Positions 10,881-20,962 of a DNA stretch of 33,837 nt are shown here, in pieces. The notes under the pieces were generated by a model, which did not search any database, was not told where the DNA came from, and was given only the letters and a program-made list of their open reading frames with translations. Both the position numbers and the translations under genes were made by a program. Origin of the DNA: Octopus sinensis (taxonomy: Eukaryota); the NCBI RefSeq assembly GCF_006345805.1, contig NW_021832077.1, forward strand, positions 1 to 33,837, in the 5' to 3' direction. Each line of letters starts with the position of its first letter. Position 1 is the first letter of the stretch.

Positions 10881-11345
10881 AATTTCTTCAATTGGAATTT
10901 ACCTACGATTTTTACATGTAGATTCGATTGGGTCATGGCATATAAAGTTTTTTCAATTTGACCCCCAATTAAGCAAAAATTCGAGAAAAGTAAATATTTT
11001 ACGATTTGCCTCTCTAATTTCAACTGCTTCACTCATGCTATTACCATAATTTCTCCTACTTTCTCTTTGCAAGTGTACCTTAAACCACTACTCAAAAAAA
11101 TACAGACCAAACAGAAACAAATAAATACATAACGATTTACTCCTCACACAATTTCTTCAATTGGAGTTTACCTATGATTTTTCCAAGTACATTCCATTCG
11201 GTCATGGCATATAAATTTCTTTCAATTTCACCCCCAATTAAGCAAAAATTCGAGAAAACTCAATATTTTACGATTTCCCTCTCTCACTTCAAAGGCTTTA
11301 CTCCGCCTATTACCACACTTACTCCCACTTTCTCTTTACACACAT
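10881..11345. repeat. Diverged two-copy tandem duplication, period ~269 bp
   Basis: aatttcttcaattgga...ggtcatggcatataaa...cccccaattaagcaaaaattcgagaaaa starts at both 10881 and 11150. Confidence 0.85.
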
Positions 11346-11513
11346 AGACACGCAAACGTATACATATATGACAGTGTCAATTGTTGAAAGAAAATTGTAA
11401 GCTAAGAAGGTGTGTGTGTGTGTGTGTGTGTGTACGTGCATGTGTGTGTGTGAGTGTGTGTTTGTGAGAGTGTGTGTGTGTGTGTATGTATGTGTATTAA
11501 TGCGTGTGTGTTA

Positions 11514-11901
11514 TCTCTCTCTATAGGAAGCTGAAGTTGTCTGTGTGCGCCAGGTTTGGTAGCCTTCAACTAACACTATCTCCTCCGAGACCCTGCGGCA
11601 CAAGTTGACCAAAATCGAGAGTATGATAGAAGGGTTGCTCTTCCTTCCGTAGAAGATAAAATTAAAATCGGACCATGTTAACACCAAAAATTATTTACAT
11701 CAAAAAGGTGCTTTTTTCTATGAAAATCCCTATATTTTACGATTTTTTCACTGCTGTGTCGCCATTTTTCGGTGTATTTCAACCAGAAAAATGTTCACTT
11801 GAAGAGAATAACAGGCTACATAATGCAAATTTTTTACTTTTCAAAAATTCCAATTCCAGCGGGTCGAAACAAACCCGAGCAACGCCGGGCGATACTGCTA
11901 G
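11514..11901 (+). mobile_element. Non-autonomous Helitron (rolling-circle) element
   Basis: 5' end A|TC at 11513/11514 is a plausible call. Hairpin cccgagcaacgccggg at 11874-11889, CTAG at 11898-11901 followed by T, so an A|T target with no TSD. Confidence 0.75.
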
Positions 11902-11929
11902 TATATGTATATATATATACATACATGCA

Positions 11930-12004
<75 letters not shown>

Positions 12005-12049
12005 TATATTTGTATGTATATATATATGTATATGTATATATATATACAT

Positions 12050-12092
<43 letters not shown>

Positions 12093-12110
12093 GATGTATA
12101 TACATAAATG

Positions 12111-12140
<30 letters not shown>
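11902..12140. repeat. (TA)n compound microsatellite
   Basis: Direct dinucleotide repeats; the source of spurious IYIY ORFs. Confidence 0.95.
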
Positions 12141-12141
<1 letters not shown>

Positions 12142-12420
12142 TAATAAACATAAGTGTAGCAAAAAAATTCTCCGCTACCAGCGGTCTAGTGAGAAAGAAA
12201 AGATAGTCTAAGACTATATAATACACATTCAACAATATAAGGAATGGCCCTGATATGCCATTCGACTCACTAGAAAGAGCAGCCAAACTCAAACCGCTAA
12301 ATAGTTGTAATTCTGAAATTGAAAGAGAAATAAAAATATTTACCCTTTTCATCTCTGGACTATGCATAGTTTCGACAAACTTGTAAACAAATTAATGAAA
12401 TTAAATTAAATTTATTTAAA

Positions 12421-12422
12421 AC

Positions 12423-12470
<48 letters not shown>

Positions 12471-12570
12471 GTATATTATATATATATGTGTATATTTATA
12501 TATATATATGTATATATATATATATGTGTATATACATATATACATACATGCATACATATATATATATATA

Positions 12571-12629
<59 letters not shown>

Positions 12630-12645
12630 ACATATGTATGTACGT
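12421..12645. repeat. (TA)n compound microsatellite
   Basis: Direct dinucleotide repeats. Confidence 0.95.
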
Positions 12646-13091
12646 ATATGGTACATCTGTTTCCTATTCTGAATCCTCTGCCAGTTTCCAGCTAACTCGT
12701 CTCCTACCTATAAAACAAACCATATCGTCGTCACCATAATCAAAACTAGTGATTGTAGTAATAATAGTCGTGGTGGGGGTGGGGGATAATGGTGGGTAGC
12801 AGTGGTGGAAGGTGTTGGGTGGTTTATAAACTTGACAAAATCCAAAGGAACGTTTATTTTCTTGAGTCATCCACTCACACACACACACACATCTGTTACA
12901 TGTTAACTATATCTACAACCGCTCACAGCCTCTCTTTGTTACTCTCTTCCTCCTCCTCCTACACATCCTCCCCTCTTTCCATCCTCCCCTCTCTCCATCC
13001 TCCTCATTTTCTGCCTTCTTTTGCCTCCTCCCTCCGTTTCCCTCCCTCATTCTCTTCCCGATCTTCTCGATTCTCATGCAGCCTCCTATAT

Positions 13092-13238
13092 AAGATGAGC
13101 TTCTTTCAGTTTCCATCCACCAAATCCACTCACAAGACTCTGCGTGGGCCAAGGTTATCGTAGAAGATACTTGCCCAAGGTGACACGCAGTGGGACTGAA
13201 ACCCGGAACCATTTGGTTGGGAAGCAAGCTTTTTACCA
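13092..13238 (-). mobile_element. SINE family B head only
   Basis: cagtttccatccaccaaatccactcacaag...acttgcccaaggtgacacgcagtgggactgaaacccggaacc. Confidence 0.8.
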
Positions 13239-13408
13239 TATGAGTAGGTCTGCAACTATATAATTCCGTTATAAGGTTTCTTAAGAATCAAGGCAGATCA
13301 ATGGCACATCAACAAGAAATGGCACATCAAATAGTAATGGCACATCAACCAGAACTGCGAGTTCTAACATAAAACTCGCAGTGAAATAAACAATATTCTC
13401 TTCTACTC

Positions 13409-13611
13409 TTGGCACAAGGCCCGAAATTTTCGGGGAGGGGGCCGGTCAATTAGATCGACCCCAGTACGCAACTGGTACTTAATTTATCGACCTGGAAAGG
13501 ATCAAAGGCAAAGTCGACCTAGGCGGAAATTGAACTCAGAACGTGAAGACAGACAAAATACTGCTAAACATTTCGCCTGGCGTGCTAACGTTTCTGCCAG
13601 CTCGCCGCCTT
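13409..13611 (-). mobile_element. SINE family A, full old-type copy
   Basis: ttggcacaaggcccgaaatttt ... ctgccagctcgccgcctt. Confidence 0.85.
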
Positions 13612-13892
13612 ATTGATGACTTCAATTGTTGGCAGGATTCCGTAGATATGCAAAGAGAAAATCCAGTTTATAATCATAGATCATGAGTGGTTTGTTGGTG
13701 TGGCGTCGGTGTAAGAAGTAAATGTCAAATAGCGTTTAAAATTCGCGACGGCTGTTTCGGTGGGGTTTTGCTTAATCCTAAAAAAATTACATCATAATAT
13801 ACAATCCATATATATGAGTGCGTTTTGCGTGTGTGTATGTGTGAGTGTGTGAGTGTGTGTGTGTTGTGTGTGCGCGTGTGTGTGCACGGGTG

Positions 13893-14082
13893 TGTTTGTG
13901 ACTGTGTTTGTCCCCCACCACCTCTTGATGTGTTTACGTCCTCGTAACTTAACGGTTCGACGATAGAGGCTAATAGAATAAGTACCAGTCTTAATATATA
14001 AGCACTAGGGTCGATTCATTCAACTAAAAAAATTCTTTAAGGTGGTGCCCCAGCATGACCACAGACTGAAACAAGTAAAAAA
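13893..14082 (+). mobile_element. SINE family B tail after (TG)n
   Basis: tgtgtttgtccccc...gtggtgccccagcatgacc...gactgaaacaagtaaaa. Confidence 0.75.
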
Positions 14083-14397
14083 TACATAAACACATATGTG
14101 TGTGTGTTTGTGTATGTATGTACGTACGTGCATTCATACATACATGTGTGTGTGTGTGTGTGTGTGCGTATGGAGGTGTGTGAATGTAAATTGTTTTGTA
14201 AAATGCGGAGGGTGGATGGGGGAATCCCCTTTACTTGCAATACTACAAAAAATATTGTTTTAATTTACGTAAACAATGATCTCTCTTCATCTCCCTCCCC
14301 TGTTCCTCCTCCCCTCCTGCATCCCGTCAACCCGGCTTCTCTGGAACATTGTTACTATTTTCATCCGCTCTTTTTCCTTTCTTACAGCCTTCATCTT

Positions 14398-14499
14398 TCA
14401 TCTTTCAACTTTCCTCCTCCTCCTCCTCCTCCTCCTCCTCCTCATCCTCATCATCATCATCAGCAGCAGCAGCATCAGCAGCAGCAGCATCATCATCAG

Positions 14500-14530
<31 letters not shown>

Positions 14531-14690
14531 ATAATCATCGTTGTTATCACTATCGTCAGCTCCATCTTCATTATCATCATCTTGATCACCATCATCATCG
14601 TTGTCGTCATCTTCATCGTCATCAATCATCGTAATCACCATCACCTTCATCATCATCGTTGTCGTCATCGTTATCATCGTCATCTTCCCC
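14398..14690. repeat. Compound trinucleotide low-complexity tract (CCT/CAT/CAG/CGT)n
   Basis: Direct trimers, open in several frames and on both strands. Confidence 0.9.
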
Positions 14691-14810
14691 ATGTTCTATT
14701 TAACCACGCCGGGTTTAACATCGCCCATCTGTCTCTCTGCTAGAGAAGCACCGGTCATACATAGAGGAATTAACCAACCAACTAATACATCTTTATGATA
14801 TTTTAGTATG

Positions 14811-15150
14811 TGGCGAGCTGGCAGAAACGTTAGCACGCCGGGCGAAAGGCTTTGTGATATTTCGTCTGCCGTTACGTTCTGAGTTCAAATTCCGCCGAGG
14901 TCGACTTTGCCTCTCATCCTTTCGGGGTCGATAAATTAAGTACCAGTTACGCACTGGGGTATATATAATCGACTTAATCCGTTTGTCTGTCCTTGTTTGT
15001 CCCCTCTGTGTTTAGCCCCTTGTGGGTAGGTATTTCGTCTGCTGTTACGTTCCGAGTTCAAATTCAGCCGCGGTCGACTGTGCCTTTCATCTTTCCGAGA
15101 TCGATAAATTAAGTACCAGTTGCGTAATGGGTCGAGCTAATTGATTGTTC
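14811..15150 (+). mobile_element. SINE family A dimer (head + unit + second body)
   Basis: ggcgagctggcagaaacgttagc... then tgtgggtag|gtatttcgtctg junction near 15029, followed by a second body. Confidence 0.85.
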
Positions 15151-15168
15151 CCCCTCATATATATATAT

Positions 15169-15397
15169 TTCTTTACTACCCACAAGGGGCTAAACATAGA
15201 GGGGACAAACAAGGACAGACAAGGGATTAAGTCGATTACATCGACCCAGTGCGAAAACTGGTACTTTATTTATCGACCCCGAGAGGATGAAAGGCAAAGT
15301 CGACCTCGGCGGAATTTGAACTCAGAACGTAACGACAGACGAAATACCGCTAAGCATTTCGCCCGGCGCGCTAACGTTTCTGCCAGCTCGCCGCCTT
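15169..15397 (-). mobile_element. SINE family A monomer with target-site duplication
   Basis: Direct repeat ttccccctcatatatatatat at 15148-15168 and 15396-15416. Confidence 0.9.
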
Positions 15398-15460
15398 CCC
15401 CCTCATATATATATATGTGTGTGTGTATGTGCGTACGTGCGTTCGTGTGTGTGCGTGCGC

Positions 15461-15683
15461 GGGTGCCTAGTGGTTAGGATGTTGCACTTACGATCGCCAG
15501 ATCGCGGGTGCGATCTCCTGACTGGACGGCGCATTGTGTTCTTGAGCAAAACACTTCATTTCACTTTGATCCAGTCACTCTTCGATCAGGGGAAAATGTT
15601 GGTCAGCTCACCTAGCCAGTGGCAAAAGCGCATTATGACCAGCGATGTGTAACAACATCTGATAGCCTGGTCGGTCATGTGAT

Positions 15684-15690
<7 letters not shown>
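15461..15690 (+). mobile_element. tRNA(Arg)-like SINE, family C variant
   Basis: tgcctagtggttagg, anticodon-like cttacgatc, tgtgttcttgagcaaaacacttcatttcac. Confidence 0.75.
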
Positions 15691-15745
<55 letters not shown>

Positions 15746-15873
15746 CGGGAAGCTTTATGAAAATAGACAAAAGACGAAGGCAGGTTTACGGAAATAAACA
15801 AAAGACGAAGGCAGATGGAATACAAACAAACAATTGTATTAGTATGGCGCTCAGGAAATATAAATAAAACAAG

Positions 15874-15911
15874 TCTTTAACGTTTCGAGCCTACGCTCTT
15901 CAACAGAAAGA
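15874..15911 (-). ncRNA. Minimal type-I hammerhead-ribozyme-like motif, Penelope-like-element style, with a core A6>U change
   Basis: Minus strand: TCTTT-CTGTTGA-A-GAGC-GTAG-GCTC-GAAA-CGT-T-AAAGA. Helix I TCTTT/AAAGA, helix II GAGC/GCTC, palindromic AACGTT helix III, cleavage triplet GUU. Confidence 0.55.
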
Positions 15912-16515
15912 TACACAGAGAAGAAACACAGAAAGTAGGGGAGATGATACGTTGGATGATGATGGACCTTCCTGACGAAGACGACGTATGAGCGTTCATC
16001 TTTTTGCCGAACAACCTGTACAAATGTTTCGGTTCGTGATGCACATAAGCTCATTCCAGCCATCAAATCGATGTTGCCTGTACAAGTGCATTTGGTACCA
16101 TGTGTCAGGTGTCGAAATGATCGCAGAGCAACGTATTTGCGTGTGTGTGAGTATACGATGGGCTTCCCCACAGTTTCCATCCACCAAATTCACCAAGGTA
16201 ACATTGGTCTGTCCGTGGCTATTGTAGAAAGTAACTTCGCAAACCACGTAGTGGCAAAACGAACTTGTTTACAACACGACCACCAAACTTTGGCTTACAC
16301 TCTTCGAGGATCGATAAGTCAAGTATTAGTCAAACAATAGGTACAATTGTATCGACTATACTCGCCTATTCTAGAACATTGTGGCCTTTTAAGCGCTATT
16401 TGACATTTACTTCCTACACCGACGCCACACCAACAAACCACTCGTGATCTATGATTATAAACTGGATTTTCTCTTTGCATATCTACGAAATCTTGCCAAC
16501 ACTTGAAGTCTTCAA

Positions 16516-16642
16516 TAAGGCGGCGAGCCGGCAGAAACGTTAGCACGCCGGGTGAAATGCTTAGCAGTACTTTGTCTCTCTTCGTGTTCTGAGTTCAATT
16601 TCCGCCTAAGTCGACTTTGCCTTTCATCCTTTCCGGGTCGAT
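16516..16642 (+). mobile_element. SINE family A, 3'-truncated
   Basis: aaggcggcgagccggcagaaacgttagc...gcctttcatcctttccgggtcgat. Confidence 0.85.
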
Positions 16643-16844
16643 ATATGAAATCACTATTGCTTCTTATCAAAAAGAATTGAGAATTTTGTTTCGTTTGCAT
16701 GAATACACTTAAATATGAGACCGCTTTTCTTTTATTATCGCACAAAAGAAAACTTCACTGATCTGATCAGATGCTTATGTAAACGGCTTAAGAAATGCCG
16801 CTTCGTATTTCATGCAGTGAACAACTGTCTTCCTTCTAATATTG

Positions 16845-17285
16845 GTTTCAAATTTTGGTATAAGGCCAGCAATTTCAAGGGGGGAGGATAAGTAGATTAC
16901 ATCGACCCCAGTGTTCAACTGGTACTTATTTTTATCGAGCTGGCAGAAACGTTAGCACGCCGGGCGAAATGCGTAGCCGTAATTCGTCTGCCGGTACGTT
17001 CTGAGTTCAAATTCTGCCTTTCATTCTTTCCGGGTCTATAAATTAAGTACCAGTTACGCACTGGGGTCGATATAATCGACTTGATCCCTTTGTCTGTCCT
17101 TGTTTGTCCTCTCTGTGTTTAGCCCCTTGTGGCTAGTAAAGAAATAGCTACTTATTTTATCGATCCAGAATGGATAAAAGGCAAAGTTGGCCTCGGCGGA
17201 ATTTGAACTCAGAACGTAAAGACGAACGAACTGCCGCTAAGCATTTTGCCCAGCGTACTAACAATTCCTCCATCTCACCGCCTTT
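16845..17285 (-). mobile_element. Old SINE-A copy interrupted by a young plus-strand SINE-A monomer (about 16936-17148)
   Basis: TSD-like tacttattt(t)tatcga at 16923-16938 and 17149-17163 flanks the inner copy. Confidence 0.8.
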
Positions 17286-17419
17286 TTGTTTCTTTCTTCA
17301 AATTATTGAGTTCAGATTATTCCAAGGAAGTTGCTTCAGCTGCTGTCGTTATTGATAATGTTGTTAAAAAAAAGTTATAATAAAAATCGTTGCGAGTTCG
17401 CATCAAAACATATCGTTAT

Positions 17420-17970
17420 GGCCCTTTCCAACAGGTCGGTGTTTGGCACTCTGTCGAACCACTTCAGATGGCGGATCTGCCGGAGACATATGTCGATGAC
17501 GGTCTGGATCTTCTTGTAGTTGCTGCAGGTGGCTCTCCATGTTTCAGAGCCATACAAAAGCACATATTTTACGTTTGGACTAAATAAGCGGAGTTTAGTT
17601 CGAGTTGAGATGGCAGTGGACTTCCATACCGGCCGAAGAATAATGAAGGCTTGCCAAGCCTTCTTGCTTCTTGCCGTGATGTCCTCGTCTGATCCACCTG
17701 ATTTGGTGATCTTGCTGCCAAGATAGACAAACTCACTAACTTCTTCCACAGGTTCCCCCTCGATTGTGATCGGCTCTTCCTGCTTGTTGTTGATTTGCAG
17801 CACTTTTGTCTTTTCCCGGCTGATCCTCAAGCCCACTCGCCGTGAAGTTTCTGTCAGGTGGTCTACCTTATCTTGCATGCCTTGCAGGCGATGTGACAGT
17901 AGTGCGAGATCATCTGCGTAGTCCAAGTTCTCCAGCTTGTTCATCAATGTCCACTGAATACCTTTCCCAG
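17420..17970 (-). mobile_element. RTE-clade LINE reverse-transcriptase fragment (RT C-terminal half and thumb)
   Basis: GIQWTLMNKLENLDYADDLALLSH (YADD at 17920-17909), FVYLGS, VLLYGSETW, CLRQIRHLKW. Open frame but truncated at both ends. Confidence 0.9.
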
Positions 17971-18562
17971 AGGTAGCATAATTTTCTCTTAGTGCTGCCG
18001 AAATCAAAATTTAAACGACCGTAAAACGTAATAGGAGTTATGTCCTCATTAAACCGCGACCTGCCGGGAGAGGACGTTCAGCTGCAACTGGCAAGTTACA
18101 ATTTACCACCCACGGCGCGATAGTTTCACGCAGGCTTCGAATGCTTTTTCTTACAACCATCGAAGCGCGAACGGAAGAGAAGAATACAAACAAGTTACAA
18201 ACATGCCACCTCTCACACCTCTACCACGCAGCCTTGCAGCAATTTTCTTGTTTAAACAAATTTCATTCCGTTTCCTTCATAAATGATATCAGTTCATTGA
18301 AATATCAACGATACATAGGTTTTAGAGTGTTGGGCAAAATGCATGGCGGCATTTGTTACAGCTATTGATATTCTGAATTCGAATTCTGCCAAGATCAACT
18401 TCACCTTTCACTCCACTTCCTGGTCAAGTACAGGAGTTGATGTAATCGAGTGACCCCATCACTTCTTAAAACTGCTGGCCTTGTGCCTAATCACAAAATC
18501 AAAAATCTTTATATTTGTGCAATGCTTCCATAATATCTCACCCCCAGATATATATCCTTTTT

Positions 18563-18950
18563 CTTCTATTTGTTTTAGTCCTTTGGCAGCGGTCATGCTG
18601 GGGCACCATCTTGAAGAATTCCAGTCGAATGAATTGACACCGATACTTGTTTTTCTTTTAAAGCCTGGTACTTACTCTATCGGTCTCTTTTGCCGAACCG
18701 CTAAGCAATGGGGACGTAACGTCACCAATACCAGTTGCCAAATGGTGGTAAGGGACAAACACAGACACAAATACATACATACACACATGCGCGCGTGTAT
18801 ACTACGGGCTTCTTGCAGTTTCCTTCTAACAAGTCCACTCACAAGAGTTCAGTCGGTCTGAGGCTGAAGTATAAGTGCCATTCAGTGGGACTGAACCCGG
18901 AATCCATGTTGTTGAAGCAAGTTTCTTACCACTCAGCCGCGCCCTCGCCT
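18563..18950 (-). mobile_element. SINE family B, near full length
   Basis: Tail (gcggtcatgctggggcacc; ttgccgaaccgctaag), internal microsatellite and head (gtgggactgaacccggaa). Confidence 0.8.
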
Positions 18951-19094
18951 ATATATATATATAATATAATATATATATATATGAGTCGCCATGATAGATC
19001 GTTAGCCACTACACACTCTTTTCTCTCCTTGTTTTTTCTGTGTCACCACCTGTCTTCGTCTTTTGCTTTTTCGTAAACTCTCCCTATATATATA

Positions 19095-19127
<33 letters not shown>

Positions 19128-19147
19128 GTGTGTGTGTGTGTGTGTGT

Positions 19148-19182
<35 letters not shown>

Positions 19183-19473
19183 AAAAAAATACAAACTGGG
19201 ACAGGAACGCAAAACATTTAGAAGACGATACAAAAACACGGACGGGACATTCGAACCCTTCAATCTTCAGTCAAGAACCGAATCATCTTCGCAATTTCGG
19301 CTGATTAATCTTGAGATTGCTCCGATCTGGCCAGCCCCAAAGGAAAATCTAAGCCAAGCGCATTAGATTCCTTGGAAGAAAGCCTCGAATGTATACAAAA
19401 CAAGGACGGAAAACCGGACGATGTTACACGAATAAAAATACAAAAATACGTTAAAACAATAATGATAACACGA

Positions 19474-19571
<98 letters not shown>

Positions 19572-20459
19572 CTCTCGAAGCACATATAAAGCACTAAATA
19601 ATATCATGTAAATATTGAGTTGAAAACCCCCTTTCGGATAGAAAAGTCAATGGCTGTATTCTAGGGTTTCTTCGAATTTCTTCTTCATTTTAGAAATGTT
19701 ATTCTTACTGGCGATAATTGTATGTAGCTGACGTCATGAGAATTTCATAAATATTCGAGAGATGCAGGTTCAAGTCCCATGGACAGCCTTCTTTTTTCTC
19801 TCCAACGTGGTTTTTCAACCTCATATTTCCACCATGCTGATTTATAGGTTAAGTGTGCTTTGAGAACCATTAATTAAAAGAAAAAAGAAACGAAGAACGA
19901 AAGTTTACAAAATTCTTACGTCATCACACACACACACACACACACAAACATACACACGCATATACGTATATGTATGTATGTATGTGTGTGTATATATATG
20001 TTCGTACATTCTCCATGCATATTGCATATATGTCCGTATGTATTATAATAATGATCCTAACAATTATTATAATGCAGCAGGAAGTTGTCGACAATTGCTC
20101 CTCTGGGACACCGTTTCAGTGTTTAGCTCGTTGGTTAATGTTCTTGGGAATGGTAGAAACATTAACCGTAACACAGATCAAGACCCAGCCACTCGCCCTA
20201 ACCATCACGTACAGCCATTGCTCAATACATCCTGTTTACGAAATGATAACATTTCTAGTTTATTAACAGGGCCTCAGATTAATAGGGAGACATAAAAATC
20301 GCTTAAATAGACTCTGAGGGTTGGATTACTGGTTTATTTCATCCCCCAGAAGGGGATAGGAAGCCAGGAGGACTTCGGCAGGATTTGAGCTCAGAACAGA
20401 CAGGGGCGAAACTAAAGGCATTTTATCTAACATACCACTGGTTCTACCATCTACCTATC

Positions 20460-20467
20460 GTATACTA

Positions 20468-20519
<52 letters not shown>

Positions 20520-20596
20520 GTTGCGGCTACTATTACTACTTTTGTTGTTACTACTACTACTACTGTTGCTGCTACTATTACTACTTTTGTTGTTGT

Positions 20597-20643
<47 letters not shown>

Positions 20644-20653
20644 TTATTATTAT
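20460..20653. repeat. (TAC)n microsatellite with a duplicated interruption cassette
   Basis: tgttgc(g/t)gctactattactacttttgttgtt occurs twice inside the (TAC)n run. Confidence 0.9.
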
Positions 20654-20919
20654 GTGTTTTTTTTTATAGCGTGCTTTCACTCACTACCGAGCGCAGCTCT
20701 GTGTGCCTTGGGTATGTGCTGTGTTTTGTTGTGATGCTCTTATGGTTACTGTACAGAAAGTGTTTTGTGTAGGATGTGTGCAGTGCCTAGTAGTGCAATT
20801 TTCTGTATGTTATATGTGTTTGTAAGTCCTGGTGTTTTTGTTATGTATTTGTCTGAATATTTTTTTATCATGCCTAATGCACCTACTATGATAGGAATTG
20901 TTTCTGTTTTTAGATTCCA

Positions 20920-20922
<3 letters not shown>
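20654..20922 (-). mobile_element. 5'-truncated R4/Dong-clade non-LTR retrotransposon 3' end
   Basis: Minus strand 20919-20749 reads WNLKTETIPIIVGALGMIKKYSDKYITKTPGLTNTYNIQKIALLGTAHILHKTLSVQ* (stop 20748-20746). The PxxxGALG and QKxALLGT motifs are typical of the C-terminus of REL-endonuclease R4/Dong ORFs. TAA-type repeats lie on both sides. Not in the ORF track. Confidence 0.8.

Positions 20923-20961
<39 letters not shown>
20921..20961. repeat. (ATT)n microsatellite
   Basis: Direct trimers. Confidence 0.95.

Positions 20962-20962
<1 letters not shown>

Noticed and set aside
11675-12695. IYIY/YIYI ORFs here and at 19305-19611, 24544-24825, 30916-31122, 33056-33447
   Set aside because: (TA)n microsatellite translations.
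14098-14798. Poly-P/H/Q, poly-I/S and poly-D/E ORFs
   Set aside because: Compound trinucleotide tract open in many frames on both strands; no splice or homology support for a coding exon.
19240-19340. Additional hammerhead-like strings (ctgaaga…gaat; ctcaaga…gaaatt) on the minus strand
   Set aside because: Core boxes are mismatched and helices I and II do not pair convincingly.
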